A stretch of DNA of 60,962 nucleotides, filler included, from Basidiobolus ranarum (GCA_040143965.1; 15 parts of 15 records of this genome joined end to end with filler, not necessarily neighbours in it), one strand, 5' to 3'; positions 1 to 12,829 are shown, numbered from the whole stretch's first letter. Translations and numbers: made by a program. The notes: generated by a model not told the origin, from the letters alone.

Positions 1-423
1 TTGTGGGGTATCTGCCAGATAGCTGGAAGAATGTTGATTTAGCAATGTTAATACAATGATGGGCTTTGATGGAGATATTGATACAAACCTGTGTTGGACA
101 TGAGTTAAACCTAGGGTATGAAGAACTGTGTGGTAATCTTCAGGAGAATGTATTAAAGAAACTAGGATTTTGAAGGTGACAAATTGGCATTTAAGTGCTT
201 AATTTGAAAAATCCGAGTCATGTTTTTTGTGCACATGTTTATCCATATTTCTCTGAGATTGTAGCCAGTCATGCGCAACTATTTTGCAAGATCTGAAATT
301 TCACTCCTGAAACCAGAAAAACTGATTAAAATCAAATCTAACTAGATAATTTTATTTTGGTAAGCAAATGATCAATCCAAAATGGATTTAAATACAATAA
401 CAATCCTCAAATTTCTGTTAGGG
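1..423 (+). mobile_element. 3' part of dispersed repeat family X (CCC-terminated element), inserted in a copia relic
   Basis: Aligns by eye with the reverse complement of 50866-51305, 39212-39645 and 40158-40590, and with 37595-37870. Ends at ATTTCTGTTAGGG (423), after which copia pol sequence begins. Confidence 0.85.
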
Positions 424-1470
424 CTCAGAAGGGCTTAAATCAAATGTTGATAAGTCAGGATGCACTATCATTGATAAAAATGGGAGTTATTGAGCTTTGG
501 GAGAAAAGGATCAGAACTTATACAAAGTTACACATAATCCAAGAGGTTTACATATAAATATAAGTTATTCCAATCAAGCAACTATTCAATTATGGCATAA
601 GAGATTTTGCTATGTTGGATTTGATGATTGGAGCAAAATGATCAAAGATTACCTAATATCAGGAATTCAAATTAACCCCCAGCCAAAATTGAAATTTGTG
701 AGGCTTGTGTATATGGTAAACAAGCGGGAAACAATTCAAGAGCTCTGATTGAGTAAAATCAGTCAAAAAATGGAATCTGATTAATTCAGATTTGTGTAGG
801 CATATGCAAAATTGACCTTCAGGTGGAAAATGATGTCATATCACATTTATTGATGATAATACAAGATATGCTTGGGTCTGCTTTATGGAAAGAATGGAAG
901 AAGCACTCTCTATCAGGTGAGATTTTAAAACACTTTTAGAGACTGAAACTGAAGCTAAAATCAAAAAATACATACTGATATTGGTGGAGAATATACTTAA
1001 ACACTATTTAAGCACTTTTGCAAAGTTCATGGATTTAAGTAAGAAAGTACTGCTCACAATTCACCTCAATAACATAGAGCTGTTGAAAGAGCTAACAGGA
1101 TTATAATTGAAATGGCAAGATCTATAGTAATACTATAAAATTTATCTCATAAGTTTTAGGCAGAATCTGTTGCTATAGCATATATCCGAAGAATAGGCAT
1201 TTTACTAGAAGTCTTTCTAACTCTACACCATATCAAGCTTGGCTTGGAGTTCAACCTGATGCACAACACTTGAGGACCTTCGGATGCATTGCTTGTGGCA
1301 AAATTATGACAAAAAATTGGTTTAAATTTGATCCAAAGAGTAAAACATGTATATTTCTAGGTTATTGTACTCTAATTGAGGCAAGCAGAGTCTATGATAC
1401 TGAAATTGAAAAGTTTATCAAGTCAAGGGATGTTTTGTTCAGTGAAAATGAAAAATTTGACTCCAAATGA
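424..1470 (+). mobile_element. Degenerate Ty1/copia pol: GAG-pre-integrase and integrase core
   Basis: Motif remnants LWHKRF, TFIDDNTRYAWV, TDIGGEY, ERANRII-EMARS and LRTFGC...KFDPKSKTCIFLGY, with many stops and frameshifts. Confidence 0.9.
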
Positions 1471-3797
1471 GCTCTGATAATTACAAAAATCAATTTCATC
1501 CTGATCAAATGATTCACATTGATTCACATCAAAACAATGAAGAAAATAGCACTCTTGTGTAACCTTCAACCAAATTTTGCCTACCAAAGTGCCCAATGCA
1601 ATGCCAGAAGTAGTAGTACCATTATCCCAAATCAAGAGATCAAGTCAGATCAGAAATGGCCATGATAACTATACCCTAGCAAAAAGTAAATTGATTTGAT
1701 CCAGTTTGTATCCAACCTTGTGGATTGCAAAATCATCAGAAAACCATCACAATATTGGTAGCTTGCATTCTGCCAGTGATTTAGATGGTGATATGGTGGC
1801 TTCTTAATGTCATTTTTACAGTATTCATACACAGTGAAATATTGATCCTCATATTGGGCATGTGTTATTTATTTTCTAACAATTTTTGCGAAAATCAAAT
1901 TTTCAATTAGCAAATAAATGGTTTTACTGCTGTAGGAATTTGAATCAATATGCATGCCTTTATTTATATGTTTTAGGCTTTGTATTCTAGCCATAATGAA
2001 AATCAAAAAATTCAAGAATCTTGTCATGTTCAGTTTATACATATGCACATACTTGATTGCTCAGACACAACTCATCAATATTTATATGCCTTATCAGCTA
2101 ACTTACAATGGAAAATTGCTTAACATCTGAAATTTTGAATGGCACCAACACTTTGCAAATAACTGGCTCTTGTTACACTCACAATGAGAATAAGCTCTTA
2201 GATTTTGGCAAATTCCTGTAAAGAACTCTGCCAAAGTATTCTTAACTGAAGTCAGCAAAGGTCCTGCCACAAGTAGATATGTTGTTGCTTGAATAGATTA
2301 CCCCATAGCTCACATAATAACACAGTGTGTCTTGATTTATCTCACCAAGAAGTCTGCCATGCAGCATTCCTGCAAACACCAACAGATTATCACACAATGA
2401 AATTAGTTGGAATTATAAAGGTACTTGCTCAGTGTGCATCGATTGGATTTTTTGCTATTATTGTGCTCAAACAATGCAAAAACCTGTGTGCACATTGGAA
2501 GGAGCCCTTTGTTAGATAGATAATATAGTCGGAAGTCTTTGTAACCCATTGCATTGGATCCGTAACTGATTTTGCTAATACATTATTAATCAGATTAGCA
2601 TACAGTAATACTGACAGTGTCACATGGTGTAGTGTGGGACAGGGGTGTTAACTTAAATATACAGTAATAGAGCTTAATCCTACTACAAATCTCCAGCAAA
2701 GCTGAATTTTTATACTTTAAGCTTAAACATATTGATAGGAGTTATTCTTCACTCTATTTTTAAAGGGTAAAGACACACTATAGTATGTCAATAGCTTGAA
2801 GACTTTCTGAGAAAAGATTAATTCCAATAATAGAACTATCAAGAATTTTCAATAGTACAAGGGAAGATAAAACTATGATGGTTTCTCTATCTTGAAGGCT
2901 GAAGAAAAAGATATAGTTCTTTTTAAATTAGCAAAGACTTTGATTAACAGTAGATATATTTTTTGACTGTAAAAGTCAAGATGACTATGAAAGAATCTGA
3001 ACTGCAATCTTCTATAGTTAAGCCTAGTTGAGTTGCAATAGGAATCTTTAGTATCCTACTACAATAAAAGGTTGAATATCAAGTAAAAAAAGGGTCAGGA
3101 ATATGGTGCAGTTTTGGATGGTGCTAAGGCTTGAAGTTTTTCACTAGGGGGAAGTGTTGCTTGTTTAAAGAAATAGCTCAGAATAAATACAATGAAATGG
3201 TGGCTCAGAACTAATGCTCTGAGTGGGTGGCTTAGCATCAAAGTCCTAACAAGATCACTAATATAGCGGTTATGGCTTTGAAAATTTTGACACAGTAGCA
3301 TTCAGTACTATCACAGCTCTATGAAAAATTTGAAAAGAATCCATTTGCTGGTTCAAAAGTTACTGCTAATTTCACAAGCATCTTGAGGTCCTGAATTCCT
3401 GAATATATGCCAGTGTTTATTTTTATGTTAGCATTTTTGAAGTAGTTGTAGCTCCACCAATGATTGTTCAATTCTTACAGTTCTTGCATGGTTGCAAAGC
3501 TTCAGTTCAGAGGTTTATGATTTTGGCAGGAGTTACTGTAAATAGTCAAGTACTGCTGCAACAATGAGCAACTAATCATTTTTATTCTTTTTCTTGATCT
3601 GTAAAAATATTATATGATAGCAATGGATAATATTCTTCATGAATATTATGTGCAACATAATGTTGGAATACTTCCAACACTATAATGGAGCAGTTTTTCA
3701 CTGCAGCTGCACTCAATTGCAAACTCCCAGAATGTATAGCAAGGGCCTATAATCTCTAAGCATTGTGATAGATGCACCTGGGAATGTATTGAATACA

Positions 3798-3982
3798 TGT
3801 TGAAGTTTATTGTCTTTATCATATTTGTTACCTCTATCTTTATACACCTAACTATTTCATATATCACATATAAGTTAGTTAACATTACTTAGTCAAATAT
3901 CACTTAGCTGAAAATTGGAACATATATTATATATATATGTGAATTATGTGAGAATTAGCAATTACATATTGGAAATTTCAAA
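3798..3982 (+). mobile_element. LTR family B, partial (cut by contig end)
   Basis: Starts TGTTGAAG. Near-identical to the reverse complement of 52300-52482, and similarity stops exactly at TGTTG. Confidence 0.8.
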
Positions 3983-4082
3983 NNNNNNNNNNNNNNNNNN
4001 NNNNNNNNNNNNNNNNNNNNNNNNNNTTAATTAATTAANNNNNNNNNNNNNNNNNNNNNNNNNNNNNNNNNNNNNNNNNNNN
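3983..4082. other. Artificial 100-nt contig spacer (N44-TTAATTAATTAA-N44); first of 14
   Basis: The same spacer recurs starting at 8064, 12143, 16221, 20299, 24374, 28447, 32517, 36584, 40650, 44716, 48780, 52842 and 56903. TTAATTAATTAA gives stops in all six frames, and contig lengths never increase along the window. Confidence 0.98.
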
Positions 4083-5847
4083 TCGTAGCGAGTCTGCCCC
4101 ACCAGAAGCAGAAGAGCCTGAAAGTAAGGCGGGTAAACCGAAAGTAGCCAGAAGACCAGCTTGGGATACAAAGGGTCGTCTTGAAGATATGGAGGAGCTT
4201 ACATTCTTTCTAAAGCAACAAATCACACAATCTACTGATTCCATGTCTGATATGCACGGTAAATTATCAGATAGTGAATTGAAAATAAGAGAGTTGGAGA
4301 ACTTCCGACGTGGTTTAGAGACTAAGGTGGAGGTTAAAGAGCAGGAAAATACAAAGATTAATCTAAAGGCGTCAGATTTAGAATTCAAGTTATCTCAGAT
4401 TGAACGACAAAACGAGGATGAAATGAAATTACTCAAGTTAAAGCATGAAAATGAACTAGAAGAAATTTCCCGCCAAAAGGAAAGAATATTGAGAGAGAAA
4501 GAAGATCTCACTAATGATTTGGCTAAAACGAAGGAGCTACTTAGACAACAAGAAGACACTAATCTTCAACTTCGTAACACGATTTCATCACAATCTGCCA
4601 ACTATCTTCAGTTGGAGAGTGATCATCGTGCTATGAAAAATAATCTTGAAACCACCGAAAGTACACTGGCAAAGAGAGAATCTCGTATTGCTGAATTAGA
4701 GGCATTGCTTCATACTGCCAATGAAACAGTCGTAACTATAGAGAGCAAACTTCGTGATGAAGAAACCCAAAGACGTAAACTTCACAATACCATCCAGGAG
4801 TTGAAGGGGAATATCCGGGTATTTTGTAGAGTACGCCCATTGCTTGGTGCCGAGTTATCCGATAGTATGTCGCATATTTATTTTGCTGAGGATCAGAAGT
4901 CAATTGAGTTGAATCAATCCCAAACCTCAGCCGATGGCTCTAAAACCACCTCCAAGACATTCCCCTTCCAATTTGACAAAGTATTTCAACCATCAATTAC
5001 TCAGACCGAGGTGTTCGGAGAGATTTCCCAACTTGTTCAATCTGCACTGGACGGTTATCCAGTGTGTATCTTTGCTTATGGGCAAACGGGTAGCGGTAAA
5101 ACCTTCACCATGGAGGGGCCTGATCATCCCAATGCTGATAACATGGGAATGATCCCACGCGCGGTATTGCAGATTTACCAGACAGCCACTGCTCTGGAAG
5201 AAAAGGGGTGGAAATACGCCATGGAGGGCCAATTTGTAGAGATTTACAACGAAACCATTCATGATTTGTTGGGAACCGGAGAAATCGGTAAGAAGCACGA
5301 CATTCGCCATTTAGCGAATGGTAAGACGATTGTAACAGATGTTACTACTCTGATGCTGGATGGCCCGAACAAGGTCTCTGAATTGATGAAGAAAGCTGGG
5401 CAAAACCGGGCAGTCGCTTCTACGCAATGCAATGATCGTTCATCACGTAGTCACTCGGTTTTTACTCTTCGTTTAACAGGTAGCAATGTGCTTACTGGTG
5501 AGATATCCGAAGGAATATTAAATTTGATTGATCTTGCTGGGTCTGAGCGACTATCTTCGTCAAAGGCCACTGGTGACAGACTCAGAGAAACCCAGGCGAT
5601 TAACAAGAGTTTGAGTTCATTGGGAGATGTTATCTACGCATTAGCTAACAAGGAAAACCATATTCCATACAGAAACTCCAAGCTCACCTATTTATTACAA
5701 AATTCTCTGGGTGGCAACTCTAAAACCCTCATGTTCGTCAACATCAGTCCGTTACCCTCCAACTTTGGAGAGACTTTGTGCTCCTTGAGATTCGCAACCA
5801 AGGTGAATAACTGTCAAATTGGAACAGCCCGAAAGGTTGTCAAATGA
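4083..5847 (+). CDS. KAR3: Kinesin-14 (C-terminal motor, Kar3/Ncd-like); 5' end missing
   Basis: Coiled coil, then the neck [15 protein letters not shown]-loop GQTGSGKT, switch I SSRSH and switch II DLAGSE. Frame is open back to the contig edge. Confidence 0.93.
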
Positions 5848-6037
5848 TTGTCGCTCTGATTTTCCTTAACAGACACCCTCAATGGTGTTTGCTTGTAAAA
5901 ATTGCTCACTTATTCGTCTAGTATTCATTAAAGAAATAGATTTTCTTCCAATCGGGTGATTATTATCGGGTGATTATTTTCTCACTGCAAGAATAAAATC
6001 ATCTATGTAGTACTTCTTTGTTTAATACATGTTTTAT

Positions 6038-7376
6038 TTAATTGGCTGATATGGCCCCGACTTGCATAACTAGGTCTAGCACCTGGAGGTGCTCATCACC
6101 ACCATCCACCAGGCACTTGTCGACATCGCTTAATACCAAAGCCATCTTGGCCTTCTGTATAGAAGTAAAGCGTAGATCTTCGACAATCGCCTCATGGAGT
6201 TGTGCGAGAATTTGAGTTCCAGAGTATCCGCTCCAGATAACCTCTTTTACGGCTTGGCTAATCTCGTCATAAGAGTTACTACGTATACTCGACATCAGTG
6301 ATTGAATCACTTCATTAGGAATAACCTATATCGGAGTGTGGTTAGACATCAGCGGGAGTAAGTAGAAATATACATGAAATCAAGTTACTCCAGCAATTTC
6401 TTGAAAATGATCATCAATGATCTCTACGTTTTTGTACAGACGGTGTGCACTTTGCAAGTACATAATAGCTCTTCTTAAATCTCCATTTGCCACCTTGACA
6501 AGTGTGTCTATCGCCTAAATAAGTGACAAGTCTTTGAATCAACTCTGAGATATCAAATCATTAGATTGCAGCCTACCTGCTTGGAACAGCGGATCCCCTC
6601 TTGCTCGCACACATAATTGACTCTTTCTATACTAGACTCGATTGCTAATGGCTTGAATCGGAATTTCGCACATCTAGATGCCAACGGTTCGATGATACGA
6701 CTAACATAATTACAAATTAAACAGAATCGAGTGATCTTAGAATAGGTTTCCATGGTTCTTCTAAGTGCTGCTTGCGCATCCGTAGTCATTGAATCGGCTT
6801 CATCCAATATAATTAATTTGTATGGAGGGCATGGATATCCAGGAACACTCTGAGTTACCGCGGTTCTTGCGAAATTTTTCACCTTCTCTCTAACGATTCC
6901 AATACCTCGCTCATCTGAGGCATTCAATTCTAAAACTCGAGACTTTACAAGTTCAGGTCTATTGAAATTTTCAGTTAGAGAATAATATACTGAGAAAACT
7001 ACGGTACTTGGGAGTACATACCCGTATAGTTCTCTTGCTAGAGCAAGAATAGTCGAGGTCTTACCGGTACCAGGGGGACCATAGAAGAGTAGGTGAGGCA
7101 ACTGAAGTAGAATCGATGGTTGATTAGAGCGGAGTAACTTATGACTAGAATACGTCAAGAACTTACATTGTGAGATTCTAGAGTACGTTTGAGCACGTTG
7201 ACGGTTTCTTCTTGTGAAGAGATATCATCCATTTTCTTTGGACGACTGATAAAGTCTGTTTAGTTTCTGAATAAACAGCAGGAATTTCGAAAAGCTTACT
7301 ATTTCTCTACCCATGGCTTCGAATCAACATCCTTGTTTGGTTGCTTTGTGGTTGTTACTTTCTGGAAGAAACTCAT
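6038..7376 (-). CDS. RFC2: Replication factor C small subunit (yeast Rfc2 / human RFC4), multi-exon
   Basis: ATG at 7376 (MSFFQK...PWVEKY), [42 protein letters not shown]. Several short GT-AG introns. Confidence 0.93.
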
Positions 7377-7697
7377 TTAAATAATAACAATGATACTGTA
7401 TAACAAAGAGGATAAGCCTAATGCCAGTTCATTTTTCTAACCATGATGGTGCAAAACAAATCAATAAACATACATCCTTGAGCCCCGCATCAACCAATAC
7501 CATGGAAGGGAAATCAATCTACAAAACAATTCATTTCTTCATCTGATTCCGTAGTTCATCTGGAAATGGCTCTCACGTGACTGGTGACAGTAAGAAAATT
7601 TAGATTGGTGGAAGATTTGAAGGATCCGAGGAGTAATAAAAGTGAGTAATTCGTAAGAATGTCTCCCTCTTTCATCCATTTCATATCCTAATTCAAT

Positions 7698-8063
7698 ATG
7701 GGTAAGTAACCTCACTGCTATTATTTTCATTACCTGATGGATGTTACGATAGTATACATTCGATCTATTCAGGGACCATTTAACTAACGGTTGTAATCAA
7801 TTCTAGGTAAGGGTAAGCCTAGAGGTCTTCAAGCCGCTCGCAAACTTCGCAACCACCGTCGTGAAGAACGTTGGGCTGACAAGCAATACAAGAAGCGTGC
7901 TCTTGGTACCGCTTTCAAATCTTCCCCCTTCGGTGGTTCTTCCCACGCTAAGGGAATTGTTTTGGAAAAGATTGGTGTTGAAGCTAAACAACCTAACTCC
8001 GCTATTCGTAAGTGTGTTCGTGGCCAACTTATCAAGAACGGTAAGAAGATCACTGCTTTCGTT
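7698..8063 (+). CDS. RPS23: 40S ribosomal protein S23 (uS12); 3' end missing
   Basis: Exon 1 ATGG (7698-7701), intron 7702-7806 (GTAAGT...ACTAAC...TAG), then [20 protein letters not shown]...[14 protein letters not shown]. Confidence 0.96.
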
Positions 8064-8949
8064 NNNNNNNNNNNNNNNNNNNNNNNNNNNNNNNNNNNNN
8101 NNNNNNNTTAATTAATTAANNNNNNNNNNNNNNNNNNNNNNNNNNNNNNNNNNNNNNNNNNNNGGACTTGACTGGCTCAAAGGAAGTACTGACAGGTAGT
8201 TGTTATATTTCTGATACTTTATATACATTTCCCTAACTTTGTCTCTATAGGCAAGGAACATTTCAAATTCTTGGTCAAGTAAATACTAGTGCATTCTCAT
8301 TCAAGACCCTGCTAGCCTAGTTTGCAATTGTTTTTAATGGGATATATTCTTTTTGTCTGAACATTCTCAAAGGATGTTGAAGCCACCAGCATAGTTTTTG
8401 ACAAAAAGCTGTACATTGCTTTGTGTTTCATCAGGCCTTAGACATTTCTACAGGCTTGATTCCCTTGCAAAAAGACCCCAGAGGCAGAGACAGACCAATA
8501 TCATAGTACATCCCAGAGTTATTTAACTGTGGTTGTTGCATCCTTTGAACACTGCACATAACCCTTAAGATATTGCAGTTATAGTTGCTGCTTATGTACT
8601 AAAAAGCTACATCACAACACAGTTATATAAGTGGGCCCTGCTTTTATTGTCTAAAACTCTTGTGTTATGAGAGCTGCAGGCTTGATATAAAAGATCACCA
8701 CAAGTACAGTCACTGAACAAAGCCACCAGCTGTGCAAAGCCTGGTGAATATCAATAGTAATAAGTGCACAAAAACAACTTGAGTTTTGCCTACTGAGTCT
8801 ATTGATAATTCTTTACCTTGAATTTTGGCAACAGTGCCAAAAGTAAATACACTGTGGAGTTACCTTGAATATATGACCAGAAAGATGTAGGTAAAAGTGT
8901 AATTGTGATCAACCCAGTTAGTCCTGAAAATATTGAAGAAATGCTTCTA

Positions 8950-9660
8950 GATATTGACCTTGAGTATTCCAGTACTGATGGCCAGGCTAATCTAGCAGGG
9001 AAGATTAGGCTTTGTACCATTAAGCCTACTCAATAACCCAAAATTGCTTGGGTACTTGAAAATAGCAATCTCACAGCAAAACCAGCAAGCCAAAAGACTC
9101 TAAATGTCAGAGCAGCTCTCACTTGCAATGATAACAAATGGTTTAACATTTGGGAAACTATGAACAATTTTGCCCAAAATTATCACAATTTGAGCCAATC
9201 AGGGAGAATGCAGCTAAAGAAGTAATGAAGGAGCAGGAAGTTGGTAGGACCAAGATAAAAGCAAAGGAGGCAGTGATCTTAGGCTCTGTTTTTCTGCTTC
9301 TCAAACTCTTCACAGCATTATAAGGATCTCTATTTCTGGAGTCAGTTATACCAGCAGATGTATGGGCAAACAGGCTTGATTTTACAATATAACTGGGTAC
9401 ACCAGTTGGAAGCATGCAAAAGTCAGAAGTTTTTCTAACATCTGGCATCTGTCAGCAAGCCAAAATACAACCTTAAAAGCTCACAGTTCTCCAACTTCAA
9501 CTGATACATTTCAAAATGTTCAAATAGGCCCAAACTTAAAGGGAAGGAAAAAGCTACTCAAATACAACAAAGCACCCTCAGTAGTGTCACAATACAAGGA
9601 TTAGCAAAAATGATGAAAATGCTTGAAGGATATTTTCAGACAGAATTCAATTCTAAATAA
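8950..9660 (+). mobile_element. Repeat family X, internally deleted copy of the ORF region
   Basis: Translates NLAGKIRLCTIKPTQ*PKIAW...KPASQKTLNVRAALTCNDNKWFNIWET...AQN, homologous to 37060-37500 and 51400-52100. Boundaries approximate. Confidence 0.8.
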
Positions 9661-9819
9661 TCAGAATAAGAATAAACTAACTCCTAAACAGCAAGTTGCT
9701 ATTTACCTAATTTCAACATTCCCACTCAACTAATTATTTTGTATTACTCTTGAACCTAACTTCTATCTTAATAATTCAAATTGTGCCTAAGCTTAAGGTT
9801 TGGTTAAGATGTCAGCAAT

Positions 9820-10945
9820 CACTTCTTCAGTAGGGCATTAGACATGTTCATTCAAAGCATTTTCTATTGCTTCTCTAACAAAATGATATCAATATCTCTA
9901 TGCTTTTTTCTAGCATGAAATAAAGAATTCTTAGCTAATGAAACACTACTTTGAATATGTTCAAATACAGTAATAGCACATTTTTGCAAGTATCCAAAGT
10001 CTCTGAATAACTTTCTTAATCACATGGCTTCTTGTGTAACAGGAGAGGAAGCAATATACACTGCTTCTGTAGTGAAAAGTGCTATGGATGGTTACTTCTT
10101 ACTATTGCCAATTATGGATGCTTCACCAAAGAAAGAGTGTATGTAGTTGTTTATCTCCTATCATCAAGTTTTCTTCCCCTTTCTGTATCACTGTACCATT
10201 TAACATATGTGCATGCAGAGTACCAAAATATTCTAGAACTTACTCTACACTACTTCTCATATACCAGACTATTTGTTTTACTGCAGTTTGTGCTCAGATC
10301 CTGGATTTTTAAGATATTAGTTTAGAGTTCCTACTGCAACAGCAATGTTTGCATGTGTTCAAACATCTGTATTCATAAAACTAATCACCGTGGTTTGATA
10401 AAGGAACTCCTGGCTTTGATTTAGGTCCATTTGAGCTAAATCAGATAAAATTAAGATTCTGTTCACATTGGGCTCTTTTGGCATTGATACAGATTTGCTA
10501 TTCTCCATGTTAAAGTATCTTAAGATGTCTAGGATGTGTCTGGACTGAATTAACATGATTTTTTGGTTAGGTTTAATTGTGTTGATTTGAATTTCAAGGA
10601 AATAGCATGATTCACCCATATTGATTATCTGAACTTGGTTTGATAAGCTACGTTTCATCAGATTAGGTGCTTCTAGATTATTTGCAGCTATGATCAAGTC
10701 TTCTACATACACAGCTAATGCATGGATCCTATTTCAGGTATTTTTGATGATAATTAAGGTTCCCAAATGCTGAGGGTGCCAGAATGAATCTAATGGAACT
10801 AAGCTCAGCAACTGGAGCAAATTTTGATTGAAATTCACTCCTGGAGTTTGGGAATATCTTTTTGCAACTATTCTTGCTTTGTACCTTTCTGTGGTTCCAT
10901 CAGCTTGGTTTATGACTTTATTGACCCTTTTACAGCCTATAGGCT
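9820..10945 (-). mobile_element. Degenerate Ty1/copia reverse transcriptase-RNase H
   Basis: GEPIGCK...DGTTERYKARIVAKRYSQTPGVNF, a YVEDLII (YVDD-like) motif and an RNase H remnant (STEAVYIAS). Confidence 0.85.
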
Positions 10946-11076
10946 CTCCGCCTGATGGTAGAACACTTAATAGTAAGGTAAAAATAGGACATATTCAATT
11001 CAAACAACTTAAGTGTTTAATTCATAAATCTAAATCTTGTCCTAAACATTTCCAAATCCCCTTAACACTGTTATCT

Positions 11077-12030
11077 GGTTGTGAGCCCCAAGCTAGCTGT
11101 TAAAGGAATGTATACCAGTACTATTACCAACGTTTTTACATTCACAGGGAAGTTTGATGGCAAAGCCTTTAATCTTTGTAAGTTAAGGATGGAATTGGTC
11201 CTAGAAGACAAAGATCTCTGGGGATATGCTACAGGTGAAGAAATAGAGCCAAAGGGACCTCCAGAAGCCATCCTGGCCTTTATCAAGAAGCAGAGGAAAG
11301 CACTCTCTACACTCTGTCTACATCTCAGAGACTCTGCATTGAAGGACATACAATCACCCAGATATGTCCAAATTGCCTTGGAAACACTTGAGGGACTATA
11401 TGAGACTAAGCATCTGGCCAAGAGGTTATATGTTAGGTGAAAATTATTCTCAATTCAGGCAAGTTCTGATTGTATGCCTCATCATATAAATTGGCTGAAA
11501 ACCATGGCTGATCAGCTCTCATTGATTGAAGCACCTCTAAATTAAGACGACTTAGTTACAACACTACTTGGAAGCCTGCCAGATAAGTTTGGAAACCTCA
11601 TGATTGCACTAGAATTCAAATCAGAGCTATTAACAGTGGTTGTATTGGTGCTAGGCTTTTGAATGAGAAATTAAGGAGATCTAATTCTCAGCAAAATAGT
11701 GCAGATTCGGCATTTCTTGGAGCTGTAACATGGGCAACAGGCTTCAATAATGGAGCTCCTAATAGAAAATCAATCATCTGCAAGTAATGCAAGAAACTTG
11801 GCCATTTAATCAAAGATTCCAGAAAAAGATTTGCTGAAAAGCAAAAATATGAGCAAGCCAATCAAGCTCTGATAGGGATCACCTGTTTAAGTCTGCCCTA
11901 TCAGTATGCACTAAAGAAGACTGAGCAGTGTGGTATATTGATTTAGGAGTTTCCCAGCATATGCCAGACAAGAACAATGGGTTTTCCAGCTCAAAACCTG
12001 TCCAAATAAGGAGAGTATACTTAGGTCAAG
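11077..12030 (+). mobile_element. Degenerate Ty1/copia PBS-gag-protease
   Basis: PBS-like GGTTGTGAGCCC (11077-11088); gag KFDGKAFNLCKLRMELVLEDKDLWG, LLGSLPDKF; zinc knuckle CK*CKKLGHLIKD; protease WYIDLGVSQHM (cf. WYIDSGASQHM). Confidence 0.9.
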
Positions 12031-12032
12031 AC

Positions 12033-12142
12033 TGTTGAAATTAGGTAAATAGCAACTCATTATTTAGTAGTTAGTTTATTCATATTCTGATTATTTAGTA
12101 CTCAATTCTGTCATTCAAAAACATGTGTTTATTGCTCTAATT
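12033..12142 (+). mobile_element. Probable start of another LTR nested in the copia protease region
   Basis: Coding relic stops abruptly and TGTTGAAAT begins an AT-rich stretch that runs to the contig end. Confidence 0.45.
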
Positions 12143-12467
12143 NNNNNNNNNNNNNNNNNNNNNNNNNNNNNNNNNNNNNNNNNNNNTTAATTAATTAANN
12201 NNNNNNNNNNNNNNNNNNNNNNNNNNNNNNNNNNNNNNNNNNGGAGTTTGTGTAATAAGATAAAATACAGAAGTCGGGGTAATAAGACATACTTGCTATT
12301 TAGATACAGAGATATTCCTATTTAGAATATAGGGGCTATAGATATGTTGCTTTATGTTTCTAATATATGTATCATAACTAAAGTTAACTATGATGTTGAA
12401 TAAAGATTAATTATCCAACAAAAAGTTCCATAAATTGGAGAAATAGACATTACATAGAGTACAAGCT

Positions 12468-12481
12468 CAGGGCTCATAACC
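12468..12481 (-). promoter_or_regulatory. Primer-binding site GGTTATGAGCCCTG, complementary to the anticodon arm of initiator tRNA-Met
   Basis: Directly abuts the LTR end (...TTTAACA|GGTTATGAGCCCTG on the minus strand). The plus strand reads CAGGGCTCATAACC, as in fungal tRNAi-Met. Confidence 0.85.
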
Positions 12482-12829
12482 TGTTAAAGTATTTGGGAGC
12501 ATGCTGCAAGTGGTTTGGAGAATTAGAGGAATTGATGGTTTTCACTTATTGATTTATTGAGTAAAAAGTTGACATGGATAGTTTTGTCACAGTGTAAACA
12601 AGCTAACATGTAGAATGTGTTAAGGAAGGTCCCAGGAACATGTGTGCAAAGATTGGGACTTCTAGCACAAGTTTGAAAAATCTATATATCTGAGAACTTC
12701 CAAGTTGGTGTCAATATTCTAAGTAAATACCAATTGAGAATAAGGGATAATATCTTAGTTCAATGTAAGATAACTAAGTACTAAGCTATATATGACTTTA
12801 TAGGTGTTTAGGCAATGGTAATTTCATCA
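12482..12829 (-). mobile_element. LTR family A (5' LTR of a copia element), 348 bp
   Basis: Plus strand TGTTAAAG...TTTCATCA. Homologous to 21403-21715 and 28238-28446. PBS adjacent. Confidence 0.88.

Noticed and set aside
1700-3790. Possible transposase or LINE remnants (HIGHVLFIF...KWF, VQFIHMH, LRDYRPL)
   Set aside because: CpG-poor and repeat-like, but too decayed to assign.
8015-8030. Odd residues at conserved sites near contig ends (RPS23 KCVRGQ, NRPS PKGGM, HSP90 EALPAG)
   Set aside because: Single-base changes close to contig ends; likely low-coverage consensus errors.
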